Virus record (IMG/VR): IMGVR_UViG_3300023179_006747
Location: 112-64,111 of that record
Length of the DNA: 64,000 nt
From: a virus
Taxonomy: Duplodnaviria; Caudoviricetes
Direction: 5' to 3' (one strand)
Part shown: one piece after another, positions 18,774 to 28,543 of the stretch
Position numbering within the stretch: the first letter of the stretch is position 1
Layout: each line of letters begins with the position of its first letter
Translations under genes and position numbers: made by a program
The notes under the pieces: model-generated
Seen by the model: only the letters and a program-made list of their open reading frames with translations
Databases searched by the model: none
Told to the model about the DNA's origin: nothing

Positions 18774-19370
18774 ATGAAAAATTTTCCTAAACCATATTCA
18801 AATGAAGGAGAAATGCTTCCGTATGAACGATTTAAACTATTTAATTGGATATATGACGCGAATCCTAAGGCTATAATAGAAATTGGATCTGGAGTTGGTC
18901 ATGGTTCTACTTACTATATGGCAGAAGCATTAAGGCAAAGAGGCGAAAAAGGCATAATTTATAGTTGCGATCCAAAAAGATCAATTTACCAAGATTTACT
19001 AAATGATTATCCAAGTATTAAATACTATCCAATCAAATCTTTTGAACTTATACAAAACTTAATATTAAATAAAATTGAAATAGATTATATATTTTTTGAT
19101 GGACCAGAGATTCCAGACCTTGCATTAGAAGATATTAAAACTCTTGAACAATATATTAAATCTGGTACATATTTTAGCATGCACGACTGGTGTACGGAAC
19201 CTAGAAAATATGATAATCATATATCAATTAAATCATTAAAAATAAAACCATATTTACAAAATTCAAATAAATGGGAAAAGATAGAGGAACTGTCAGGATT
19301 ACAAAAGAACAGTAATTTTGATGATATGCCGTATGATTCTGTTGGATTATGTTTATATAGATTTAAATAA
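18774..19370 (+). CDS. Class I SAM-dependent methyltransferase (probable sugar O-methyltransferase)
   Basis: IIEIGSGVG, IFFDG and MHD motifs. Confidence 0.8.
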   Translation: MKNFPKPYSNEGEMLPYERFKLFNWIYDANPKAIIEIGSGVGHGSTYYMAEALRQRGEKGIIYSCDPKRSIYQDLLNDYPSIKYYPIKSFELIQNLILNKIEIDYIFFDGPEIPDLALEDIKTLEQYIKSGTYFSMHDWCTEPRKYDNHISIKSLKIKPYLQNSNKWEKIEELSGLQKNSNFDDMPYDSVGLCLYRFK

Positions 19371-20251
19371 TGGAACTAATTTGCGGAGATAAATTTCAAC
19401 AGTTGGCAGATATATCAATATTGATTGATAATGAAGATAATTACAGATCAGGAATTATACAAAATCAATTAAAAAATATAAATACAAATCTACATATATT
19501 CAATAATGATAATAAAAATTATATTCCAGATAGCATAAAATATGCAAAAAAAATCTTTGTATATACAGATATTTTAAATTTTTTCTTTAAAAATATTCTT
19601 CCTTTTATACAAACAAAATTTATTTTAATAAGTCATAACAGCGATTTAGGGGTATCCTCTGAATATGAAAGATTTTTAAATTCAGATAAGATTATAAAAT
19701 GGTATTGTCAAAACGCCGCATTTAATCATGAAAAGCTTATTCCAATACCTATAGGAATCGCGAATAAGCAATGGGAACATGGAAATGAAGAAATTTTTAA
19801 AAAAAATTATAATGATTTTAAAGATAAAAATAAAGCGTTTGGATGTTTTAATATAACTACAAATAGTTCATTTAGAACGCGAATTTGGGAAATTTGTAGT
19901 CAAAGTAAAATATGTGATATGTACTCAAAATTAGATTTTCAAACTTTTGTCAAAATTATGTCTAAATATAAATATACGCTTTGCCCAATAGGAAATCCAG
20001 TCGCAGGATCAGCAGGAGATAATCATAAAGTATATGAATCATTATATGTAAATAGTATACCTATAGTTTTTGAGAATCAAAAAATAATTTATGATAATAT
20101 ATATAAATATTTGCCAGTAATATTTGCGCAAGATGTTAATATCCTGTCAGATGAAATTAAATTAGAAGAAGAATTCTTAAAAATAAAAGAAAAGTCTAAA
20201 GAAAAAATTGATTTCAATTATTGGAAAAATATAATAAATAATAACTTATAA
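19370..20251 (+). CDS. Exostosin/GT47-like glycosyltransferase
   Basis: ISHNSD, PIPIGI and YKYTLCPIGN...DNHKVYESLY..SIPIV motifs. Confidence 0.65.
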   Translation: MELICGDKFQQLADISILIDNEDNYRSGIIQNQLKNINTNLHIFNNDNKNYIPDSIKYAKKIFVYTDILNFFFKNILPFIQTKFILISHNSDLGVSSEYERFLNSDKIIKWYCQNAAFNHEKLIPIPIGIANKQWEHGNEEIFKKNYNDFKDKNKAFGCFNITTNSSFRTRIWEICSQSKICDMYSKLDFQTFVKIMSKYKYTLCPIGNPVAGSAGDNHKVYESLYVNSIPIVFENQKIIYDNIYKYLPVIFAQDVNILSDEIKLEEEFLKIKEKSKEKIDFNYWKNIINNNL

Positions 20252-20255
20252 ATTT

Positions 20256-20561
20256 ATGGTAACGATAAATTACAAAGGCAGGACCGCAAATCATTTTATA
20301 CAGCATATTGTTGGGCATTTTCTTGCTAGGAAATATAATTTAAAGTTGACACAAGAGTCTCCAATTAATAATCCAACTATAAAATTTAATGATATAAATA
20401 ATAGCCAAATAGGGCGAAATAGGATTATTGTTGATGATACCAACTGGCTGGATATAGTTTTTAATAATTTTAAATATGATTCACCATCTTTTTATTTAGA
20501 TGGATTTTTTAATAATAGAAAATTTTTTGAATTTTTTGAAGAAGATATCAAAAACATATGA
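20256..20561 (+). CDS. GT11-like fucosyltransferase, N-terminal fragment
   Basis: YKGRTANHFIQ resembles GRLGNQMFQ; LDGFF motif. Out of frame with the next ORF. Confidence 0.6.
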   Translation: MVTINYKGRTANHFIQHIVGHFLARKYNLKLTQESPINNPTIKFNDINNSQIGRNRIIVDDTNWLDIVFNNFKYDSPSFYLDGFFNNRKFFEFFEEDIKNI

Positions 20562-21025
20562 TTATACAATATGATCATTCAATAAATCAAAATGACGTTA
20601 TAGTTCATTATAGAATTGGAGATCTGACGCAAATACCTAGATGTATTCTTCCATTAGAATATTATTGTGAAGCTTTAGAGTCTATACAATTTAATCAAGG
20701 CTATATTACTTCAGACACACTAGAGCATGAATTATGTCAAAAATTAATAAAAAAATATAATTTAATTCCACTTGCTTTGAGTCCTTCGGATACAATTGCC
20801 TATTGCAAAAATTTTAATAAAATTATCCTTTCAGAAGGAGGCTTTTCTTGGTCGATTGGCTTTCTAAGTAAAGCTAAAGAAATTATCTGTAATCAAAGAG
20901 AGTTGATTTGGCATGGGGATATATTTTTTGAAAAATGGAAAAAATTAAGATGGGATTATTCACCAGATGCAATTTACGATAAAGTTCAATTAAAAGAATA
21001 TAAACCAATAAAATTAAATGACTAA
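20558..21025 (+). CDS. GT11-like fucosyltransferase, C-terminal fragment
   Basis: VHYRIGD, LPLEYY, ITSD and SEGGFSWSIGFL motifs. Confidence 0.65.
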   Translation: MIIQYDHSINQNDVIVHYRIGDLTQIPRCILPLEYYCEALESIQFNQGYITSDTLEHELCQKLIKKYNLIPLALSPSDTIAYCKNFNKIILSEGGFSWSIGFLSKAKEIICNQRELIWHGDIFFEKWKKLRWDYSPDAIYDKVQLKEYKPIKLND

Positions 21026-21431
21026 TGTAATACTAGGCAAAAATACAGTTATTTCAAACTATACAAATCTATATGGATGTAAGTTAGGAGATGAAGTATT
21101 TATTGGCCCATTTGTAGAAATTCAAAAAAATTCATTTATTGGCGATAAAACTAGAATTAGTAGTCATTCTTTTATTTGCGAAGGAGTTGAGATAGGAATA
21201 AATTGCTTTATTGGACATGGAGTAATGTTTACCAATGATAAATTTACTGAAAATAAAAATGATTGGATTTTAAGAAAAACTAAAATTGGCAATAACGTGA
21301 GGATAGGAAGTAATTCTACAATTTTACCTGTAAATATCGGAGATAATGTAGTCATTGGAGCAGGATCAGTAGTTACAAAAGATATTCCATCAAATACAAT
21401 TGTTTATGGTAATCCAGCGAGAATTAAATAA
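21018..21431 (+). CDS. Hexapeptide-repeat sugar N-acetyltransferase (WbpD/WlbB-like)
   Basis: Left-handed beta-helix repeats; FIGHGVMFTND, IGAGSVVTKD and GNPAR motifs. Confidence 0.88.
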   Translation: MTNVILGKNTVISNYTNLYGCKLGDEVFIGPFVEIQKNSFIGDKTRISSHSFICEGVEIGINCFIGHGVMFTNDKFTENKNDWILRKTKIGNNVRIGSNSTILPVNIGDNVVIGAGSVVTKDIPSNTIVYGNPARIK

Positions 21432-22303
21432 TGAAAAAAATAGGATTAATAGGATTTGGATATTGGGGTAAAATAATTTATAAGAATTTAAAAGAATTGG
21501 GTTATTCAATTACTATAACTGATAAATTTTCTATTGATAAAAGTTTAATAAAAAATGATGATAAGATAGTTGATTCATATATGGAAATTAAAGATGTAGA
21601 TAAAGTTTTTGTTGTTACTCCTTGTGAATCTCATGAAAAAATAGTGTCCTATTTCCTAAATAAGAAAATAGATGTATTTTGCGAAAAACCGCTAACTTTA
21701 AATTTTGATCAATCTAAGAATTTATTTAATATTGCTCGTAAAAATAATGCAAAATTATTTGTTGATTGGATATTTATATTTAATGATGCAATTAATTACA
21801 TTAAACACTTATTAGAAGCAAATACTCATGGTAAACTATTAAATATATCTATGAGGCGATTAAATAAAGGGCCAATTAGAAACGATGTAAATGCAAGATA
21901 TGATCTGACGTCGCATGATTTATCAATTTTAATTTATTTAATAGATATAGAGATTAAAAGAAATTTTTTTTATGACTATCGTAAATTATCAACTTCTTTT
22001 AAAGAAGATAGTTGCATAGGAGTTTTAGAATTTAAAAACAATATAACATGCACAATTGAATCCAGCTGGGAACATCCAATAAAAGACAGACAATGCATAT
22101 TTGAATTTGAAAATGGTATTTTAATTTGGGACGATATAAGTCAAACAATAAAAGTTAATAACATTGAAATAAACTTTCCGAAAACAGAATCTCCACTGAA
22201 AAAATCATTGAAAACTTTTATAAATTCTACTTTTGACACCAATCAGATAAAACGGATAACACTTGAAGTCGCTAAAATTTTAGAAAAAAAATATGAAAAT
22301 TAA
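21431..22303 (+). CDS. Gfo/Idh/MocA oxidoreductase (WbpB/GnnA-like)
   Basis: IGFGYWG, CEKP and DLTSHD motifs. Confidence 0.88.
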   Translation: MKKIGLIGFGYWGKIIYKNLKELGYSITITDKFSIDKSLIKNDDKIVDSYMEIKDVDKVFVVTPCESHEKIVSYFLNKKIDVFCEKPLTLNFDQSKNLFNIARKNNAKLFVDWIFIFNDAINYIKHLLEANTHGKLLNISMRRLNKGPIRNDVNARYDLTSHDLSILIYLIDIEIKRNFFYDYRKLSTSFKEDSCIGVLEFKNNITCTIESSWEHPIKDRQCIFEFENGILIWDDISQTIKVNNIEINFPKTESPLKKSLKTFINSTFDTNQIKRITLEVAKILEKKYEN

Positions 22304-23411
22304 ATTTAACGACTTAAATGCTCAATGGAAAATAATAAAAGAGTCTTGCGAAAAAGATATAAATCTATTATTTCAAAATTCAGATTTTATCTTAGGAGAA
22401 AAAGTATTAGACTTTGAAAGTAATTTTTCTAAATTTTGTAATGTAAAATATTCAATAGGAGTTTCTTCAGGCACAGATGCCATAAAATTAGCTGGGTTAT
22501 CATTAATCGAAGATACTTTATCAAAAAATATTTTGATATTTATTCCAGTTAATACATTTATTGCGACATATATTGGCTTAAAAGATGCTTTTCCAAATGC
22601 AAAATTTATTTTAATAGATTGCGACGATTTTTATCAAATAGATACAAATATTTTAGAAGAACAAGTCTTAAAAAATCGAAAAGATTTTAATCATTGCATC
22701 ATTGCTCCTGTTCATCTTTATGGATATACGGCGAATATGAGTAAAATAAAACAAATATCTAAAAAAAATAATTGTTTTATATTAGAAGATTCATCTCAAG
22801 CCCATGGCGCAATTGATGATGAAAATAATTTAGCTGGATCAACGGGAGATGTGTCAGCGTTTTCTTTATATCCTGGCAAAAATTTAGGCGCAGCAGGAGA
22901 CGCGGGCATAATCACTACAAATAATTTAAAAATTTTTGAAAAAATTAAATTACTTAGAAATTACGGATCAGTAAAAAAATATAGTCACGAAATCTTTGGA
23001 TTTAATTATAGATTAGATACAATGCAAGCCATTATTTTAAATCAAAAATTAAAGTTTTTAAATGAATGGAATTCAAAAAGAAGATTGATCATAAATGAGA
23101 TTTGTCTGAATGTAAGTAATCAAAAAATTATTATGCCGCAGACGCCAAATTATTGCAAAATACCAGCACATCATATTTTTCCAGTAAGAGTAAAAGACAG
23201 AGAAAATTTTATTAATTATTTAAATAATAATTTAATTGAGAACGGAATTCATTATCCTGTCCCACTAAATAAACTAGACTTTATAAAAGCAGATTTTATA
23301 TCCAATAATAAAAGCAATATTTTTTGCGATGAATTAGTCAGTTTACCAATACATCCATTTATTTCCCATCTAGAAATAGAAAAAATTATTAGTATTTTAC
23401 AAAAATATTAA
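22293..23411 (+). CDS. DegT/DnrJ/EryC1/StrS aminotransferase (WbpE/GnnB-like)
   Basis: SSGTDA, PVHLYG, EDSSQAHGA, SLYPGKNLGAAGDAG (PLP Lys) and IHYP motifs. Confidence 0.92.
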   Translation: MKIKFNDLNAQWKIIKESCEKDINLLFQNSDFILGEKVLDFESNFSKFCNVKYSIGVSSGTDAIKLAGLSLIEDTLSKNILIFIPVNTFIATYIGLKDAFPNAKFILIDCDDFYQIDTNILEEQVLKNRKDFNHCIIAPVHLYGYTANMSKIKQISKKNNCFILEDSSQAHGAIDDENNLAGSTGDVSAFSLYPGKNLGAAGDAGIITTNNLKIFEKIKLLRNYGSVKKYSHEIFGFNYRLDTMQAIILNQKLKFLNEWNSKRRLIINEICLNVSNQKIIMPQTPNYCKIPAHHIFPVRVKDRENFINYLNNNLIENGIHYPVPLNKLDFIKADFISNNKSNIFCDELVSLPIHPFISHLEIEKIISILQKY

Positions 23412-23422
23412 TAACATATATT

Positions 23423-23928
23423 ATGAGCGACTATTTTAGTCATCAACAATATCTTTTAAAAGAATTAAACTCTTTAAATAATAATTCTATTGTTTTAGAA
23501 TTAGGGATTGGCGAAGGAAGTTCTTCTTTAATGTATGATTTTTGCAAAAATAATCCATACTCAAAAGTATATGCTTTTGAATCCGATCAAATTTGGCTAG
23601 ATAAAATTAAACCTAAATATAGTTTAGACAATTATATTATAGAGTATATTGATGATTGGAATAATATAAATAAATATATTAATTATAAAAAAATTGATTT
23701 AGCCTTCATTGATCAAGCTCCATGGGAAGCAAGAGTAGCTACTATTAATTTATTAAAAAATAATACTAATATTTTTGTTGTTCATGATTATGATTATTAT
23801 AATATAGGCTATCCAAGCCTTAGAGTTAATAATCAAGAATCTTGGTGGGGCAAAATTATTCTAAAGAATTTATTCTTGAAGATAATTACGAACTGTTACC
23901 ACCAACTTTAGTTATGAGAAAAAAATAA
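23423..23928 (+). CDS. SAM-dependent methyltransferase, apparently frameshifted near 23847-23855
   Basis: VLELGIGEGSS, FIDQAP and VVHD motifs. The track ORF stops at 23911; a -1 frame continuation NYSKEFILEDNYELLPPTLVMRKK ends at 23928. Confidence 0.7.
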
Positions 23929-23940
23929 AATTATTCAATA

Positions 23941-24729
23941 ATGAAAAATGCAACAATTTTAGTCACAGACTTAAATCATCTAAAATATATAAAATATAAT
24001 ATCAACAATATTCGCCAGAATATAAAAAATACAGATATTGTAATACTTACAAATGAAAAAGATTTTCCATTAATAAATGAAGAATTAAAAGAAAAAAATG
24101 TATTTATATATTCCGTAGAAAATAAAAATAGTCCCTATTATTTAAAATATCATATTTTTGACAAATATTTTAAAAAATGGGATAATCTGTTATATTTAGA
24201 TTGCGACACAATGATTTTAGAAAACGCATCTAAGCTATTTGATTTATTGAACAACGAGAATGAAATGTTTGTAGACTTTGAAGAGCATAAGATATTTGAT
24301 TTTTTTAATTTATCTAACGAAGAAATAGAACAAAATCAAGACCAATTCAAAAGTTTATTAAATGAAAAAAATATTAATAAAATTGGATTTAATAGTGGTA
24401 TACTTTTGTATAAATCTTCACTTATATCGGAAGAGAATGCGGATAAACTAAAATCTTATCATTTAAAATATGCGGATATTAATAAACATGGCAAAGAACA
24501 AAATATATTATGGAATCTTAAGCCAGGAACAGACCAACCAATTATAAATTTAGTTTTTTTAGAAAAATGCAAAAAAGTACCAAATAACTATTTTAGTTAT
24601 TGGGGAAGATATAATTCAAATAGTCTAATTTTACATTTTTGTCGTTGGCATGCCCCATGGTTTAATGAAGAATTTAATGAAAAAATAAATAAAAGATACG
24701 TAGATTATTTCAATGAAAATAAGAATTGA
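23941..24729 (+). CDS. GT8 family glycosyltransferase
   Basis: LYLDCD, FNSGILL, DQPIIN and ILHF...PW motifs. Confidence 0.85.
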   Translation: MKNATILVTDLNHLKYIKYNINNIRQNIKNTDIVILTNEKDFPLINEELKEKNVFIYSVENKNSPYYLKYHIFDKYFKKWDNLLYLDCDTMILENASKLFDLLNNENEMFVDFEEHKIFDFFNLSNEEIEQNQDQFKSLLNEKNINKIGFNSGILLYKSSLISEENADKLKSYHLKYADINKHGKEQNILWNLKPGTDQPIINLVFLEKCKKVPNNYFSYWGRYNSNSLILHFCRWHAPWFNEEFNEKINKRYVDYFNENKN

Positions 24730-24767
24730 TTTTATTTATTAAAATGATATAATAAAAAAAGATAAAA

Positions 24768-25913
24768 ATGAACCAAAACATAAAAGAAACATATTATGGT
24801 AAAAAAATAGATACATCAAATATTTTAAATATTGAAGATGCAAGTAGGCTAATCAATGGTAAAAAAACTATAGTAGTTACTGGAGTTACTGGCCAAGATG
24901 GAAGTCATATGATTGATTTTTTGCTTAAAAACACAGATTATCTTATTTTTGGCGGAGTAAGAAGATTGAGCGTTTATAATCACGAAAATATTAGACATAT
25001 AAAATCTGATAGATTTTATCTCATTAATTTTGATTTAACTGATTCTCACGCTATAGCTAGAACAGTAGAGAAATTACAGCCAGATTATTTTATTAATTTT
25101 GCAGCACAAAGTTTTGTAGCTAGTAGTTGGGATTTTTCTAGACAGACTTGGCATACCAACTCAACGGCAGTTTTAGATATTCTAGAAGCAATTAGATTAT
25201 ACAAACCGTCTTGTAGACTTTATCAAGCTGGTTCTAGTGAAGAATTTGGAAATGTACAATACTCTCCGCAAGACGAAAATCATCCTTTAAAACCAAGAAG
25301 CCCCTACGGAGCAAGTAAAGCCGCGTCTAGACAATTAGTAAAAGTTTATAGAGAATCTTATGGAATATACGCAATTCAAGGTTGGCTATTTAATCATGAA
25401 GGCATAAGAAGAGGCGAAGAATTCGTTACCAGAAAAATTACTAAAAATGTAGCTCGTATTTTTAATGCTATTAAAAATAAAGAAGATTTTAGTCCTCTTG
25501 AGTTAGGCAATATCGAAGCTAAACGAGATTGGAGCGATGCAGAAGATTTTGTTGAAGGAGTCTGGATGATGTTGAATCAAGATAAATATAATCCTAATTA
25601 TTCTGGAGAACCAAAAGAATATATATTCTCCTCAAATGAAACTCATACAATTAAAGAATTTGCAGAAAAAGCATTTAAATATGCGGGAATTGAGGGAGAA
25701 TGGGTCGGAGAAGGTGAACATATTATGTTTATAAATAAAGATAAAAAAACATTAATTCAAATTAATCCTAAATTTTATAGGCCAGCAGAAGTAGAATTAT
25801 TACTTGGAAATTCAAATAAAGCAAGAGAAGAATTGAATTGGAAACCTAAAATTTCATTTGACAACCTTGTTGAAAAAATGGTAAAATGGGATATTGAAAA
25901 ATACAAATCATAA
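24768..25913 (+). CDS. gmd: GDP-mannose 4,6-dehydratase
   Basis: TGVTGQDGS, AAQSFV, QAGSSEEFG, PRSPYGASK, FNHE..RRGEEFVTRKIT, RDW and FYRPAEVELL motifs. Confidence 0.95.
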   Translation: MNQNIKETYYGKKIDTSNILNIEDASRLINGKKTIVVTGVTGQDGSHMIDFLLKNTDYLIFGGVRRLSVYNHENIRHIKSDRFYLINFDLTDSHAIARTVEKLQPDYFINFAAQSFVASSWDFSRQTWHTNSTAVLDILEAIRLYKPSCRLYQAGSSEEFGNVQYSPQDENHPLKPRSPYGASKAASRQLVKVYRESYGIYAIQGWLFNHEGIRRGEEFVTRKITKNVARIFNAIKNKEDFSPLELGNIEAKRDWSDAEDFVEGVWMMLNQDKYNPNYSGEPKEYIFSSNETHTIKEFAEKAFKYAGIEGEWVGEGEHIMFINKDKKTLIQINPKFYRPAEVELLLGNSNKAREELNWKPKISFDNLVEKMVKWDIEKYKS

Positions 25914-26229
25914 ACTTTGCCAATTTATAGTTAAAAAATATGTCAGAGGAAATATTAATTGGCCAAGAGAAATTAAAATAGCACAAAAATTAGTGAAAAG
26001 GTTTAATTCTTTTGATTTTTGGGATAATCTTAAAGACTTAGGAAGTCCACCTCCATCATTAGCTTGGTTTCTTAAAGCAGAAGGTAAAGCATTTATATTA
26101 AAAGAATATGAAAAATTTAACTTAGATTTTAATAAACAGGAAATAAAAATAGAAACTAATAAAATAGGTGAAGATAAAAATATTTGCTTAAAACCCAAAA
26201 GTTTAATAGAATTTATAAGAAAAAAATGA
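25894..26229 (+). CDS. Hypothetical protein
   Basis: 111-aa ORF coupled to both neighbours. Confidence 0.6.
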   Translation: MKNTNHKLCQFIVKKYVRGNINWPREIKIAQKLVKRFNSFDFWDNLKDLGSPPPSLAWFLKAEGKAFILKEYEKFNLDFNKQEIKIETNKIGEDKNICLKPKSLIEFIRKK

Positions 26230-26933
26230 AAAATATAGCACTTACATCAGCAATAAATTACAATGATTATTTAAAAATTTTTAAACAGCATAATTATAAT
26301 TATTTTGATGAAATACATGTTGTTACAGATACAAATGAAGATAAAGAATTAGAGGAAATATGCAAAGATTCTAAATTTAATTTAATAAAAACTGATAAAT
26401 TTTACACCTTTGAAGGTCAATCTGCAAAGTTTAATCGTGGAGCAGCGTATACATATGCTATGTCTTTATTTAAAAATCCAGAAATTATTACAATTATAGA
26501 TGCTGATACTTTATTGCCAGAAAGTTACAATAATATATTTACAGAATTAAAATCTAAAGATAAATTTGATCAAATGATAAGTGCCAGAAGATTTGTTTTA
26601 GAAACATATCAAGACTATTCAAAAGTATTTTTAGAAAAAGACCCAAACTATAAATTAGAAATGAGAAGTTTTGATTGGGGTTGGGGATATTTACAAATTT
26701 TTCATGCAAAAAGTAAATGGTTAAAAAATGGATTAATATATCCAGAAAATTATGATTGTGCAGTATCAGATTTTATGTTTAGAAGACAATTTGGATGGCA
26801 TATTTTTAGACAAGATACAGAAGAACATTATTGGGATCCAGAGGCGCAAGTATGCTTAAGGCAATTTCCAGTATATGGTCTAGGTCCAAATAATATTAAT
26901 TCGAGAGGTCGCCGTGCGCCAGCATTTAAATAA
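26226..26933 (+). CDS. GT-A fold glycosyltransferase
   Basis: FNRG, IIDADT (DxD), GYLQIF and SD..F motifs. Confidence 0.7.
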   Translation: MKNIALTSAINYNDYLKIFKQHNYNYFDEIHVVTDTNEDKELEEICKDSKFNLIKTDKFYTFEGQSAKFNRGAAYTYAMSLFKNPEIITIIDADTLLPESYNNIFTELKSKDKFDQMISARRFVLETYQDYSKVFLEKDPNYKLEMRSFDWGWGYLQIFHAKSKWLKNGLIYPENYDCAVSDFMFRRQFGWHIFRQDTEEHYWDPEAQVCLRQFPVYGLGPNNINSRGRRAPAFK

Positions 26934-26972
26934 TTTACTTGCATTTTTTTAAAAGAAAGATATAATAAAATT

Positions 26973-28115
26973 ATGGGAAGAAAACCTAAAGAAGAAATTG
27001 TTGAATCATCTGGACCAAGCGCATCAGATAGATTGTTGTCATTTTTAAAAGATAATAAAGAAGATCATTATAATTTTGAAGATGAGGTTTATTATAAGGT
27101 ATCTACTGGTAGTTTAAATTTAGATATTGCTACAGGTGGTGGTTTATGCCCAGGTTTACATAGATTTATTGGCATGAATGAAGGTGGTAAAACCTCAGAA
27201 GCACTTGAAGTAACCAAAAACTTTCTTAAATCAATAGAAAATTCTAGAGCTTTACTTTTCAAAGCAGAAGGAAGATTAAGTAAAGAAATCAAAGAGCGTT
27301 CTGGAATTAAGTTCGTAACCGATCCTAAAGAATGGGTTGATGGAACTTGTTTTGTATTTGAATGCAATATTTTTGAAACAGTTTCAGAATTAATGAAAGA
27401 TTTAATTCAATCTAATGATGAGAATAAAAAATATATGTTTATTCTCGATTCAGTTGATGGATTGATGACTAAAGGCGATGCTCAAAAAAGCATGACAGAA
27501 GCAACAAAAGTTGCAGGAGGAGCAGTAATCTCATCAATGTTAATGAAGAAAATTTCTCTTGCACTTTCTAAACGTGGACATATGGCGATTTTTATTAGTC
27601 AAGTTCGATCTGATATTAAACTTGATCCTTATGCAGCAAATAAAGATATTCGTCAAACTACTGCTACTGGTGGAAATGCATTATTACATTTTGCTAATTG
27701 GATTCTTGAATTTGAACCAAAGTTTAATAAAGATCTTATTCTTGAAAAACCAAATGATAAATATGATCCAGTTAAGAATAAAATTATCGGCCATAATGTT
27801 AAAATTGTTATTAAAAAATCCACAAATGAATCAACAAATTCTAAAGTTCAATACCCAATTAAATATGGCCGTAAGGATGGTTCTTCTGTTTGGAGAGAAT
27901 ATGAAGTTATTGATCAAATCCTTGCTTGGGAATTTGCAACAACAAAAGGTGCATGGGTAACATTCTCAGACGAGATTATTGATGAACTTAAAAAATCAAA
28001 TCTAGAACTTAAGAAGCAACATCAAGGAATAGACAATCTAAGATCTTATCTTGAAGAAAATAAACCAATCGTAGATTATTTTTATAATAAATTCATTAAT
28101 ACTCTTGCATCATGA
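26973..28115 (+). CDS. recA: RecA/UvsX-like recombinase
   Basis: STGSLNLDIATGGG, Walker A GMNEGGKT, ILDSV, FISQVR, TGGNALLH and GAW motifs. Confidence 0.9.
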   Translation: MGRKPKEEIVESSGPSASDRLLSFLKDNKEDHYNFEDEVYYKVSTGSLNLDIATGGGLCPGLHRFIGMNEGGKTSEALEVTKNFLKSIENSRALLFKAEGRLSKEIKERSGIKFVTDPKEWVDGTCFVFECNIFETVSELMKDLIQSNDENKKYMFILDSVDGLMTKGDAQKSMTEATKVAGGAVISSMLMKKISLALSKRGHMAIFISQVRSDIKLDPYAANKDIRQTTATGGNALLHFANWILEFEPKFNKDLILEKPNDKYDPVKNKIIGHNVKIVIKKSTNESTNSKVQYPIKYGRKDGSSVWREYEVIDQILAWEFATTKGAWVTFSDEIIDELKKSNLELKKQHQGIDNLRSYLEENKPIVDYFYNKFINTLAS

Positions 28116-28531
28116 GATTGTTGAATATTAACGGCAAGCTCGTTAATAAAAATGTAAGAAACTACGAAATAAATTGGAATGGAAAATCTAGAAGTAAATT
28201 ACAATTTAAATTCAAACAATTCTTCTACCCTTATTGGAAAAATCATATTGTTTATGAAGAATTTCCAGTTTACGGAAGTATGCTCAAAGTAGATTTATTA
28301 AATGCAACTAAAAAGATAGCAGTTGAGATACAAGGTAATCAACACGAAAGCTTTAATAAATTTTTTCATGATAATTCTAGATTAAAATACCTTCAAAGTA
28401 TAAAAAGAGATGTTAAAAAAGAAAAATGGCTAGAAATCAATGGATTTAAATTCTTAGAACTCTATGAAAATGACTTAAAAAATCTGTCACCACAATATAT
28501 AGAAGAAAAGTGTAGAATATTAATTATTTAA
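28112..28531 (+). CDS. Vsr/DUF559-like PD-(D/E)XK endonuclease
   Basis: EEFPV..LKVD, AVEIQGNQH, FFH and RDVKKEKW motifs. Confidence 0.75.
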   Translation: MRLLNINGKLVNKNVRNYEINWNGKSRSKLQFKFKQFFYPYWKNHIVYEEFPVYGSMLKVDLLNATKKIAVEIQGNQHESFNKFFHDNSRLKYLQSIKRDVKKEKWLEINGFKFLELYENDLKNLSPQYIEEKCRILII

Positions 28532-28543
28532 GTGTAAAATTTT

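Noticed and set aside
11179-26933. Bacterial O-antigen or capsule locus mis-assembled into the contig
   Set aside because: It has the same AT-richness and promoter style as its flanks, runs without a break into the recA region, and lacks wzx, wzy, wzm and wzt.
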